From: Azolla caroliniana
Lineage: Eukaryota > Plantae > Polypodiophyta
DNA length: 64,000 bases
Assembly (NCBI GenBank): GCA_043228905.1
Contig: JBHGNT010000006.1
Span: forward strand, 7,006,001-7,070,000
Reading direction: 5' to 3'
A program made the position numbers and the translations under genes. Under the pieces are notes generated by a model, which worked only from the letters and a program-made list of their open reading frames with translations, had not been told where the DNA came from and made no database searches. Shown here in pieces: positions 12,895 to 25,000 of this stretch. The number at the start of each line of letters is the position of its first letter. Position 1 is the stretch's first letter.

Positions 12895-15129
12895 AAGAAA
12901 GAAAGAAAGAAAGATATATTAACGTCTTCTAAGGCCAAAATTGGCCCATGAGACAAATGGTGTACAACAAAAATGGGATATTTACCCATTCATCGAAAGT
13001 AAAAATAAAAATAAGATAAAATAGAGTTTAAGCTAAATAGTTCTAAGAAAACAACAAACATGTTCTATATAAAAAACATGTTCTACAATGAGAATGATTC
13101 TATACTAGGCCTAATTTCATTTCCATCCAAGTCTCTCGAAGAGAAGCGGGGGGTCAAAGGGTTGCCATGTGGATGTGGCCCGTGGTCCCCATGTAAGAGG
13201 TACCCCAACCATAGCTTCGAGTCGACGTAGCTCACGTTCCCTTATCTTCTTAATCTTTTCTACTCCACGTTGACTTGTGTTGAAGCCCAACATCCGAGGA
13301 CGTTTGGTTGCTCTTTGTATTTCTGCTTCCTCAAGGGAGAGGCCGAGCGGCATAAGTGTATCCACATTCATCGTCTCCCCATGTTCCTGAAAAATTACAC
13401 TAGGTACATGTTGATGAGTAGTAAAAGGGTTATGATTAACACTTTGTAATTTATCCTCCCTATGTTGTTTTAGCTCTAAGATATACCTACCTAGTCTCTT
13501 TACACTCGGGGTATCTAATAGTTTGGAGAGGGTGGGAGAGGGTCCTAGTATGTCTTGGTATTCCGCCCATATCTCGGCATAAGTTGGGCACTTGCATGTG
13601 AAGTGATACTCATCCTCTATCTCTATGTGGCATAACCTACATAGCCTTTCCTCTCTAGGGACTCTATTAGCTCGACCATTCTCAATCTCAAGTTGGTGAG
13701 ATGATATCCTAAGTTGTCCAATGGCCACCCTTAGTGCATTTGATAAGAAAGTATCTAGGTATCTTGGTCGTGTAATAAACCCTAACTTAGAGAAGTGCAA
13801 GAAGTGTTCCTTATAGTACACCATTTTAGATGGGAGTGGCTCTCGTGGGGTGATCCATTTGTATCGAGTGTAGATTTGCCATATTTCTTGGCGTATCACT
13901 TTATTACGATCTTCCCGAGAGATTAAAGTTTGATTAGTCCCATGGTTGTACTTAAGGGGAGGTAGGTTATTAATGTCTATGCCATTTGCAAATAACCAAC
14001 TCACCACAATGCTATACCAAGAGTTAGTGTCTCCAGACACATGTAAGGATCGGGATGCCTCAAAGGCTCGACGGGATATCCTATCTTGTGGTTGACTATG
14101 TATCCGATGAATAAAAGCTACCACTTCAAAGAGTGCTTCTACTAACATCGGGGGTAGGCTAAACTCCGCTCTAATAATGTCATGTGGTACTGTCGATTTG
14201 CTTCGGAGTTGACGTGATAACATCACCACTAAAGGTCTCTCCAATTGCGTCCACATGAAAGATGGTAGACCTGGAGCCCATACTACTGATGCATACATGA
14301 GGGACGGGGTCACTAATGAGTCGAAAAGCCATCCCTTAGTCCGTGGCTCTTGAAAGTATGCTTGGTGGCATTGTCTCTCTAAGAGTGAGAGGGATGCATA
14401 TCCTCTCGTTAGCCTATCTTTGGCTGCCTGGGTCATCGAGAATTTACCTGAGCGAGCACTAAAAGTGACTCCCAAGTATACATAAGATCCCACCACCTCA
14501 ACTAGTTTATGAGAGAGGATGAGGTGACATTTACTCCTAACTCTGGACGATGTATGAAAGATAAGGACTTTAGTTTTCGCTAGATTCACTACCAGTCCTC
14601 GTTGTGTACAAAAGTCATCTAGGGCATTAAGATGCTTTTGTAGGTCGTGTTCCGACTCCGAGAGCAAGACAATGTCGTCTGCGTAGAGTAAGAGACTAAC
14701 TTGCGTATCCCCAATAGCCACTCCTTTGCCTCCCTTACGAGCAATAAAATCAGTGATCTCATCAATGTAGATCCCAAAAAGAGTCGGTGATAGGGGGCAA
14801 CCCTGTTTTACACCAATGGTGCTAGTGAAACAATCGGATAGGCCACCTGTGCATCTTACGCGCCCACAGACTTGCTCATATAGGGCATAAATGGCCCAAA
14901 TCATGTCATTTGGTATCTCCAAGCTCTTAAGTCTATCAAACAACCTCTCCCTAGGAACTGTATCAAAGGCTTTGCGAAAGTCCACAAAGCAACAATATAG
15001 TTTCTTCTTACGAGCCTTTGTTTGGTCAATTAAGCACCTAAGTGTGAAGATGTGGTCAATAGTGGAGAAGGCTCGTCTAAAGCCAGCCTGCTCAGGTGCT
15101 CGAAGACTTAATGTTTCCATATAATCACT
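12895..15129 (-). mobile_element. 5'-truncated non-LTR retrotransposon (RTE-X-like)
   Basis: (TTTC)n 3' tail at ~12893-12914. GAGA duplicated at 12891-12894 and 15130-15133. Contains the RT ORF. Confidence 0.88.
13117..15120 (-). CDS. LINE ORF2 C-terminal part: reverse transcriptase plus CCHC finger (667 aa, uninterrupted)
   Basis: QAGFR, FVDFRKAFD, GVKQGCPLSPTLF, YADD, YLG. C-terminal LRISSHQLEIENGR...CRLCHIEIEDEYHFTCKC. Confidence 0.92.
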   Translation of the reverse strand: METLSLRAPEQAGFRRAFSTIDHIFTLRCLIDQTKARKKKLYCCFVDFRKAFDTVPRERLFDRLKSLEIPNDMIWAIYALYEQVCGRVRCTGGLSDCFTSTIGVKQGCPLSPTLFGIYIDEITDFIARKGGKGVAIGDTQVSLLLYADDIVLLSESEHDLQKHLNALDDFCTQRGLVVNLAKTKVLIFHTSSRVRSKCHLILSHKLVEVVGSYVYLGVTFSARSGKFSMTQAAKDRLTRGYASLSLLERQCHQAYFQEPRTKGWLFDSLVTPSLMYASVVWAPGLPSFMWTQLERPLVVMLSRQLRSKSTVPHDIIRAEFSLPPMLVEALFEVVAFIHRIHSQPQDRISRRAFEASRSLHVSGDTNSWYSIVVSWLFANGIDINNLPPLKYNHGTNQTLISREDRNKVIRQEIWQIYTRYKWITPREPLPSKMVYYKEHFLHFSKLGFITRPRYLDTFLSNALRVAIGQLRISSHQLEIENGRANRVPREERLCRLCHIEIEDEYHFTCKCPTYAEIWAEYQDILGPSPTLSKLLDTPSVKRLGRYILELKQHREDKLQSVNHNPFTTHQHVPSVIFQEHGETMNVDTLMPLGLSLEEAEIQRATKRPRMLGFNTSQRGVEKIKKIRERELRRLEAMVGVPLTWGPRATSTWQPFDPPLLFERLGWK

Positions 15130-16829
15130 GAGAGTGAGTTGTCAAGTAACTCATGCATATCTGAAAGGACTAAGAGACGAGTGGTTCTTCACATAGTCCG
15201 TTATTTGGTAGAAATAACGAAGAGATTTAGTGAAGAGGATCGTAGGGATATTATCTGTAGAGTGTTACACCATCAAAGTTTGAATGAAGACATGGTGAGA
15301 ATAAAATTTAGGGACCAATGTGTTTCAGAAGAGATTGTGGAGTCTATGAAGTCATCCCTAGACTTAGTGAAAGGTGTAGAGAGCTTAGACAAACTTGTTG
15401 CAAAGAGGGCAGCCCTACACATGGTTGTGAACGGTGCGAGAGAAAAAAAATATAGTGATACTAAAGTTTCCTTAGCCTTGGGTATTCAAAGAAGGAACTT
15501 GAGGAAACATCGCCGAAATATACACTCAAGAAAATTCAAGTGGCTGGGGTTGGGACGTAGACGACGATGTGATGCCTTATCTCAAGAGATTATTGAGAAA
15601 GTGGATTCATTTTGGGCCAAAATACGCGTGTCTCACCAAATAAGAAGGACGTGTGTAGACAACGAATAAGTCAGGGTAAGTACCAGATTCACCCTAGACA
15701 CTTCTTGGAGATGACAGAGGTATTCCATTTTTTTATATCAATTCACATTCCATAACTTTGTGTTTTGACCAAGTGTATATTAATGTTTGCTATATATATT
15801 GGTTGATGTAGGCTGAATTGTACATGAACTTTAAAGACCAACATCCAAGCTTGACTATTGGATTCCGCAAGTTCCAAGGTTTGAAACCATTTTATGTTAG
15901 AAAATTAAATGAGAGGAATACATGTTGTTGTGTGTACCATGTGAAGATGGACATGTTAAGGCTAGCAGTGAATGCAATGCGTACTGATTCTAAGGGTATA
16001 CACGGGGAATTATGTGTCTGCACTTGTGAGATTTGTAGACCAAATGGGGAGGATAATAGGTGTAATGCACGAAACATGACTTATGCATCCGTTTCTGAGC
16101 TATGGAGGTCTTGTGTTTGTGAAAAAGAACCATCATGTGAGTGGCATCGTCGTACATGTCTATTAAGAACATGTAAGCTTTGTCCGCTACCATTATTTTG
16201 TAGGCAGGAGCTTGATTTGGGAAATAGTCATATCGTGAAATGGAAATATTTGGAGTATGTGACTGAAAATATTGGCAAGGGAGTTGTAACTAAGCGTATC
16301 AAGGAAGTATATAAGGAGACATGTGCTGCTACCCTTGTCTCAGAATTTAAGAAACAACTTGGGGAGTTCATTCCACATAACTTCCGGAGTTATTGGCAAA
16401 ATTCATAGTTCAAGGAATGTATTAATAACTTACCAACATGTGTCATCGTATCCGTTATTGATTTTGCAGAAAACTATACATTTAAAGTTCAAAATGAGGT
16501 TCAATCAATGCATTGGTACAATGATCAATGTACAATACTTGTACATATTTGCTATTGGAGGCAAGACGGTGAGTTACATAAGAAATCAATATTTTACATT
16601 TCAGATGATAAAAAGCATGATACACTATTTGTTCAACATTGTTTTAAGCTTCACCATGCAGATTTATTTTCTCTAGGGTTAACCTTTAACCGTCATTTGG
16701 TTTGGTCTGATGGTGTTGCCTCGCAATTTAAGGCGGCACGATCGTTCTACTTTATCGCCGGGTAATTTTTAATCCATATGTTTAGTACTTATCATGAAAT
16801 GTGTAAGGAAGTAATTCTTGTGTTAGTGG

Positions 16830-17930
16830 ATGCATACTAATTATGTTTGTAACTATTAACAAACAGTACTATTCACATGGATGCATACTAATTATGTTTG
16901 TAACTATTCGAATCTTGCACTTGTGAATGGATGCATGCATACTAATTTTGTTTGTACTATGTTGTGTGTTGTATATGTACTAAATCAGTATTTACTGAAG
17001 GATGTAAAGTACTCGTATTGTACTCTATAGTATTCTTCGTCCTTAAGAGAATTGTACTAAGTAACTTTTAATCCATGTGAAGTGTTCTCCATAGACACAT
17101 TGTACTATGTTGTGTTTACAGAAGGATGTAAAGTACTCATCTTGTACTCATAGTATTGTCCGTCCTTAAGAGAATTGTACTAATTATCTTTTTATCCATG
17201 TGAAGTGTTCTCCATAGACACATTGTACTATGTTGTGTGTTGTATCTGTACTATGTTGTGTGTATAGAAGGATGTAAAGTACTCATATTGTACTCAGAGT
17301 ATTGTCCGTGCTTAAGAGAATTGTACTAAGTATCGATTAATCCATGTGAAGGGTTCTCCATAGACACATTGTACTGTGTTGTGTGTTGGTTTTGTACTAT
17401 GTTGTGTTTACAAAAGGATGTAAAGTACTCATCTTGTACTTATAGTATTGTCCGTCCTTAAGAGAATTGTACTAAATCAGTATTTACTCATGTTGTACTC
17501 ATAGTATTGTACTCATCTTGTACTCATCTTTTAAACACACTGTGTGGTACTGATTATCTATTAATCAATGTTCAACGTTCTCCATGAACACACTGTATTG
17601 TACAATGTGTTGTATCTATACTAAATCAGTGTTTATTGGGGGATGTAAAGTACATGTCTTGTAGTACTAATGATCTTCTAAGGAGGGTTGTGTTCTCCGT
17701 GGACACATTGTACTGTACTATCCGATATTGAACATTTTGTACTATTTATCTGTTAATACATGTAGAGTGCTTTCCATGAACTCATTGTACTATACTTTGT
17801 GCTATATCCATACTAAGTTAGTATTAAATGGATGCCGGGTACTGTTGGTTGACAACATAGAACTATTTATCTTTTAATAAGTGTAGAGTGTAGTACTCTC
17901 AATTGACAACATAGTACTAATTTTGTTGGA
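16830..17930. repeat. Degenerate intronic tandem array (~125-146-bp period), rich in GTACT/AGTAC
   Basis: GAAGGATGTAAAGTACTC...CCTTAAGAGAATTGTACTAA...TTCTCCATAGACACATTGTACT recurs at ~16997, 17121, 17267 and 17414. Confidence 0.85.
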
Positions 17931-18271
17931 AACCTGAGATACCAAAGCAGGTATTTCTCCTTATTCAATATTTGTATGCAATGGAATTACTTCGGGTCTG
18001 GACATGGAAAAGGAGAGCATGATGGCGTGGGGGCTGTGATCAAACGTGCCCTTACAAGTGAGCAGTTGGATAATAATGGTGCTAAGTTACAAAATGCACA
18101 TGATGTTGTGCAGTGGCTAACATGGAAGATGTCAAATGATGGTAAGAACAGATTGTTTGTTGAAGTTCGTGTTGATGAGGTCGATAGAACTAAATCATAT
18201 GGTTGTAAAACCGTGAAAGGCACACGCATCACCCATTGTGTGTTAGGGTTTAGCCGCAAGGACACCACACA

Positions 18272-19210
18272 ATTGTCAATATATTAGTTGTTGTCAACAG
18301 GACTTGGATTTCTTCATTGCCGATATTGCTCATGTTTCCTGATGTTATTTGAGCATAGAAGTTTTGCAGAGCCATGTTAAAATGAGTAAAAATATTGTAT
18401 ATCTTCTTGATAAAGTCTAGATTCATAAGAGTTGGTGTGTCCTCTGTTGGCCCATAAATCTGCTCTTCTTTTGCTACCAAGAGAATATTGTTAGTTGAAT
18501 TCATTAAAGACTTTAATATTGTAAGTTTTTCTACTGTAAGTTCATTCTTCAAAGGGGGCGATGAATTCTGTGAAGACAACAAAGAAAATTATTCTCTCAG
18601 AATCCTTTTTTGTTTCATGATATGTCCTGTGAAGCCATCTGAGTTTTAACTTCTTGTATATAAGTCCTGAATATCCAGGCTATGGATTTTAAAGTACAGA
18701 CCTTCCTTTCCTTAACAAAATAATCCAACTCCTGAAACAATAATTTGTGATAGCTCAGAAAGGTAAGTGTTTCCTTACTACTGTTAGTGGATGGTTCATC
18801 CTTTGGGATGATATCATCAAAATATGGCCCACATTGCTTCAACAATTTGCACACATTCTGGTTACCCCCCAAAAGGGATTGATGAAACAGTCTATACTTC
18901 AGTATATCTTCAATAACACCCGATATTTTCTGTTTCTCATCATCAACACCTGAAAACCTAAATTTTCCTAGCAAGCTAAGAAGACTTTCAAGCATTTTAT
19001 CTACAACAGACTGAAAGACTTTGCGAGGATTAGGAGATGATCTCAAAAAAGAAACAAAACGTTGTAAAATAAGAATACTTAGATCAAAAAGTATATTCCC
19101 ATTGTTTTTTATATATGTTGACAAGCAAAATACAAAAGCAATTCTTAAACATGAACTTGATTTCACACTGGTATAACTATTTCAGATTCATGAACTGGAT
19201 TTTTGACATT
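18272..19210 (-). pseudogene. Captured host gene fragment resembling plant URB2/Npa2 (pre-ribosome factor) N-terminal region
   Basis: ORFs 18615-19166 and 18250-18582: FQSVVDKMLESLL, IEDILKYRLFH, SYHKLLFQEL, EQIYGPTED. These parallel, from memory, plant URB2 FRDFVDKLLEPL / IEDILSLGLFH / SYHRHFF / ERMYVKTED. Frameshifted; boundaries approximate. Confidence 0.7.
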
Positions 19211-19929
19211 GGCAATTGAAACAGTATTTTGGTATCCAAATAGTTCAATTTCAGACATCACTAACAACTAAAGTTCAAGTACAATCGAAAGACAATCAGG
19301 TACTAGAGGGTAACTTGGCCGATCTTGTAATGCGTTTGTTGTTGGTGCCAGATTTTTCTGATTTTACATTCTTCTTTATCTTAAAGCCTTTAGGTATGAG
19401 CTGACTAAGTGGCACTTCATCATCAGAGGCATCAGAGACAGGCGTGGATGTGCGGGCACCTTGTATTGGTGGCAAGCTTGAGAGAGCAACTATGTTTTCT
19501 GCAACTGCAATGCTTGTATACAAATCCACAAAGGTGTTGTCGATAGACAAATTATCACTCATCTCCTGAATGCTTGTACTCCTAGCGATCTTTATTGCCC
19601 TATCATCATCACCGATGCCTATACACTCATTCTTATTAGACTCCTGTATGTGGACCGTGGCAGTAGTCATGGTCAACTCCTCTTGTACGGTGGATGTCAC
19701 CTCATTCTTAAGACAACGTGTACCTGCTTGGGTGGTCGTTATTGCCTGGTCCTCTTGGGTGATGCTAGTATGCTCGCTCTGAGTACAATCAGGCCCCCCT
19801 TCATTAGTAACGTTGTTCGCTCTACACTCCTCATGGGATTCTGTACAATCAGGCTTATCTTCAGGGGAATCTTTAGACAGTACTAGCACATTATTAGTAG
19901 ACACTACTAACACATTATCAGTACAACCA

Positions 19930-20225
19930 ATCTTCTCTTCAGCACTTGCCACATTATCAGTACAATCAGTCTTCTCTTCAGTACTTGCCATATTCTTTCC
20001 ACACTCTTCATGGGCTTCAATATTCTCTTCAATACTTGCCATATTCTTTCCACACTCTTCATGGGCTTCAATCTTCTCTTCAGTACTTGCCATATTCTTT
20101 CCACACTCTTCATGGGCTTCAATATTCTCTTCAATACTTGCCATATTCTTTCCACACTCTTCATGGGCTTCAATCTTCTCTTCAGTACTTGCCATATTCT
20201 TTCCACACTCCTCATAGGCTTCTTT
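19930..20225 (-). repeat. 51-bp coding tandem repeat (17 aa, EAHEECGKNMASxEExI, ~5 copies)
   Basis: Visible in ORF 19296-20231, with alternating TEEKI/IEENI variants. Confidence 0.92.
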
Positions 20226-21284
20226 AGACATACTGTTGTTTGTACATGCCAGCTGCTCTTCACATATGAATGCTTCGTTTTTCTCACAATCCTCATGTGT
20301 GGAAGATGTGCTTCCAGAGTCTGCCTCCGTGCAAAGGTTAATTTGATTCTGACTCTGACCAGAATCTGACTCTACACTTGTGCTCCATGAAGTTCCCGAT
20401 TCATTTGATTGCAGTTGGGAATCAGACTGCTCTTGTAAACCTAATTAATGGGATTCCAAAGAATATTAGTATCAACTCACATACTCAAAAGTTTGCAACC
20501 AATGAACATAGGGTTTAGGGCCACATTTTTACCTAATGTTACATCGTCATACTGTATAGCCGTAGATACCCCATTGCAAGTGGTGGGCTCGGTCATCTTC
20601 TCCACAACATCTAGGTGCTCAACAGTGTTGTTATGATCTATAATAGCAACAAAAATAGGGTTGTTATGAGCTAAATCATTGTTTTCAAAGTCTGGCTTTT
20701 GACGTGTACCTGGGAGTGTGATAAATTCGTCTTCACGATCAGGTTTTGGACTCGTATCTCTATCACCAAATATCATTTCGTCATCAGCTAGTAACACAAG
20801 TACATGGTATTAGACAATGGATTAGGTTGACAATGCTCCGGACAGGTGAGAACTTATATGACTGACCATTGCATTCAACTTTGCCTTTCTTGCTGTTTCC
20901 ATACAACATTCTTGCAGCATTTCTCTTCTTACTGAGCTCTATTTGTAAAGAAACTGCATTTCTCTTCTTAGTGGGCTCTATTTCTTGATGTTGACCGGAG
21001 CTTGGGGAATTTGTTTGTAGAAGCATATGTTCCACTGCTCCAATGGCCCTTCTCATACATTCATCCTCATCATAAAAATCATAGGTTATTGGTAATGGTG
21101 GTCCCTGAACCTTGGAATGTGCAGCAGATATTGAGGGTTTAGGCACAGGGGCTGGTTGTTCCATTACCTTCCCTGGCGTGGAGTTGCTTGACACTACAAC
21201 ATTCATTGCAAGAAACAAAAAAACCTTGAATGTTAGTACCATCATCTAAAATATATAATGTAGGTCACAAGAGCTGCTTCCCAT

Positions 21285-22050
21285 ATTACACAATGTACCA
21301 ATCATGAACAATGTACTACTCACATAGTTCCTAAATTACTGAACTAGTACTAATAAGGAACATTGTACTGCTCACTTAGTTCCCAATTTACACAAGTAGT
21401 ACTAATCATGCACAATATACTACTCACTTAGTTACCAAATTACACAAGGAGTACTAATCCCGAACAATGTAATGCTCACTTAGTTCCCAATTTACACAAG
21501 TAGTACTAATCATGCACAATATACTACTCACTTAATTACCAAATTACACAAGGAGTACTAATCCCGAACAATGTACCACTGACTTAGTCAAATTACACAA
21601 TTAGTACTAATCCTGAACAATGTACTACTCAACAATGTACCACTAACTTAGTCAAATTACACAATTAGTACTAATCCTACAAAATGTACTACTCACTTAT
21701 TTTCTAGATTACTGATCTAGTACTAATAAGGTACAAAACTAGTACTAATAAGGAACAAAGTACTACTCAGTTCCCAAATTACAAAACTAGTATTAATCAT
21801 GAGCAATGTACTTGTAACTTAGTTCACAAAGTACAAAACTAGTACTAATCATGAACCATGTAGTACTTACTAAGTACTAATCCAACAAATGTAGATTGGT
21901 ATTTTGCACACAAGTAATACTAAACGTGATATGTGTTTGACACACCTCATTTCCAAATTACAAAAATTGTACTATTATTCAGCAATTTACTATACACCTT
22001 GTTCCCAAATTACCTTACTAGTACTAATTCCCAAGTTACACAAACAATAC
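21285..22050. repeat. Degenerate ~52-bp intronic tandem array centred on TAGTACTAAT
   Basis: (T/G)AGTACTAAT at ~21346, 21398, 21450, 21501, 21553, 21602, 21667, 21718, 21740, 21840 and 21873. Confidence 0.88.
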
Positions 22051-25000
22051 TAACAGTCAACAGTGTACTATAAGTATAGTGTTTACTAAACTAAAACTAG
22101 GCAAGTTGCAATATAGATTGGACGATGTTGTACCTGGTTCCCTTTTAGTACTACTAGTTCTAGTCCAAATGTTAATTGACATCATATAATACAAACAATA
22201 GAATAGTAGAGCCACATACCGTACGGGTGTACTTTTAAACCCCAAGCATAGTACCACTCAGCCGCAATTGTAGTTTTACAGTCCATACATGTATTCTCTT
22301 TCTCAAAATGATACTTAGCACATAGCACATGATATGTGTGCAAGCATGGTGTAATCACAACATCCATAACCTCCAGCTTGAATCCGAGGCCACAAAATAT
22401 ACACCTGGAAGATTGCAAACACAAGTTATAATATATTAGCTGCTCACTTATTTATACCAGAGAAGTAGAAATAAATAACTTTTAAAGCCAATACCGTGAT
22501 ATAGCTATACTAGTAATGGTACTTTCTATACCACTTGGGTGCTCAATTACAGATGGACACAAAGTATGAAAACCATTTTGTTTTAAATCCTGCATCAAGC
22601 ATGCAAGGTTCTCAGAATGCAACTTTAAGGCTGACAACTTATTATCTATTTCTTCATGTGCATTCCTGCAAGTATCAAGGTCTCTCATCTATGAACCTAA
22701 TTGAGTGCCCATATTGTTCAGCTCTTTCTTCAACTCCTCTTTCAACACCTCACTTTCTGAATTTTGGATTGTCGATGCAATCCATTCATATGTAGTTTTT
22801 ATTGAAGAAAATTTCTTTTCTGCCTGTATCTCAGCTGATTTAACTGCTTCCAAATCAGCAAGTAGTGCTTGTATTCTTGAGCTCATAGAAGCTATGCAAC
22901 CGGCCATCATCTGTTCATGCTTTTCAGTCATTGTAGCCCGTACCTTTGCCTCTAGAACTTGGTGGACAGGTGTTGTAGCTGGAATATCCACATGAGAGGT
23001 TCCAGATGACTTCAAGCCAGTGTTGGTACTGGAGGACCCTTTGTAATGTTCTAACCGGTGCCGATTAAAATCTTCCCAATTTATGTCAATGCCACCTTGA
23101 ACTTCACATGCAAAAGCACGTGCAAAAACAGTACCCACCTCATTGTTAGTGATTTGATTTGTATCATAAACATGTTCGTATCTCGTCTTCAATAAATTCA
23201 TGTATTCCCTCTTCAAACCACTTATGTGGAATCCTCGCCTTGTGTCGGGATGTGCTGACCCCCAGGTTTTTAACAACCACTCTCTCAGCTCTGGATAAAC
23301 GTCAGGTCGTGCTCGAAGGAAATAATTCCATCCAAGAGGTGTGTCTCGACTGATGGAGTGGTACATCTTCTTTCTCTGTGTTGATGAATTCATCACCCTT
23401 TCTCTTGTGGGTGTCTTCTTGCTTTCTTTCATGGGTGTCCTTCTTCCTTCCTTCACTGGTGTCTTCACTTTCTCTTTCATCAATGTCTTCTTTATGGGTG
23501 TCCTTCTCGTCATTGTCCTAGTCAACACAATTCTCAAGGAATGAATATGCATGTACTAGAAGAAAACTCAAGCAATTACCATCAACACATAGCAAATCAT
23601 CACATTGCATGTACAAACCATGTCAAACACACAATAACCCTAAAAAATCGGAAAAAAACTCATCCATGTCAAACACACAGACAATAAAAACAAACGGATA
23701 GGAAAGTCAAAGAAAACGAAAACATTGTAAATCATCATAGCCAACTCCATCACATCGCATGTACAAGCCATGTCAAACACACAAAAACCCAAAATAGTCG
23801 GAAAAAAACTCATCCATGTCAAACTCACACAAAATAAAACAGATGGACAGGAAACAAGAACAAAACGAAAACATAGCAACTCATCATAGCCAACTCCATT
23901 TACGTTGCATGTACAAACATGTCTAACACACAACCACCTCGATCAAAATATTGTCATACATTTTTAAAAGAAACACAGAGAAAACAAAAACATACCAGTT
24001 GGGCATGCAACACATAGACTATGAATAATCAAAACCTAAAAATGGCCATACACATGCAAATAAAAAACAGACAGACAGGAAACATTTAGAAAAAGAAAAC
24101 ATACCAGTTGGGCATGCAACACAGAGAATACCTGGAGGTCGTACAACTTGTAGAGGTACCACACCGTGTTGATTTCGACACCTTGGGAGCACACCAACCC
24201 TTCAAAATCACCTATATGCAAGAGGTTGTTGATGAGGCTACTACAGAGGAGACAAACGAGCATACACAAGGAAGGAAAATCAACAACACATACAACGAGC
24301 AGGGGAAACAAGAACAGAGTTCAGAGATCGAACCTGGCACAGAGGGGAACACAAGAACAACTACACGGGGAAACAGAGAATCGAAGGTGGAGTGAGAGAG
24401 AGAAACAGAAAGAAAGAAAGAAACAGAGCTTCGAAGGTGGAGTGAGAGAGAGAAAGAGAGAGATAGACCTGTAATAGATATGTCGTCTTTCTTTAACTTT
24501 CTGCCACTGTCGGTCTGACAACTTTGAGACAGAAGAGAGAGAGAGAGAGAGACATACCAACTGACACGTTCGACTACCCATACCAGAGAGAGAGAGAGAG
24601 AGATACTAAGACTGACCAACTGTCACAATGGATACCTTCTCCAGGTGTGCTTTCGTACAACTCTACCTAGGAGATTGGGGCAACAATTAATGTATCAAAT
24701 ATGGCCTAGGGACATTTCGAGTGTGACGTATAATATCTTTGTGCATTCGAGTGTGACATAATGAATTTGTTTTTTGTTTTTTGAAATTTATTTACAATTT
24801 TTAATGTTTATTTTCTTCTTCGATTTAGTACTAAATTTTTGGCCAAAAGTTGGTACATCGTAGCATGCTTCGACCCCCAACCAAACAAATCTTGGGGATG
24901 CACATACTTCGAGATAGAACTAAGAAAGTGTTGTGGTTGTCACAAGAGAAGTATGTGACAAAAATCCTAGAAAGATTCAACGTGTCCAAAGCAAAGCCAA

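Larger units (their letters stand above)
12876..18287 (+). pseudogene. Sola2-type transposase, spliced and disrupted
   Basis: Exons 12876-12894 + 15130-15719, 15812-16761 and 17951-~18287 (GT-AG; phase checked for the second intron). Motifs TCCCVYH, IDFAENY..VQNEVQSMHW, SDDKKHD, WSDGVASQFK, FGSGHGKGEHDGVGAVIKR. Frameshift near 15617, stop at 16406, LINE insertion after codon 6. Confidence 0.85.
19296..23552 (-). pseudogene. Transposon accessory gene: basic N-terminus, conserved-looking domain, coiled coil, RING-H2 finger, acidic repeat tail
   Basis: ORFs 22689-23552 and 22482-22688 are in one frame with a single stop between them. Intron ~22495-22405, then RING exon CIFC...CLHTYHVLC...CMDC. 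Further ORFs at 20784-21245, 20477-20797 and 19296-20231. The exon structure of the 3' half is uncertain. Confidence 0.7.
11838..24876 (+). mobile_element. 13-kb DNA transposon, Sola2-like
   Basis: TIRs 11838-11863 GGGTCGAAGCACGCTACGGTGAACCA and 24851-24876 (23/26 match). TSD CCAA at 11834-11837 and 24877-24880. Removing the element restores the host RT frame. DDD-type transposase motifs inside. Confidence 0.9.
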
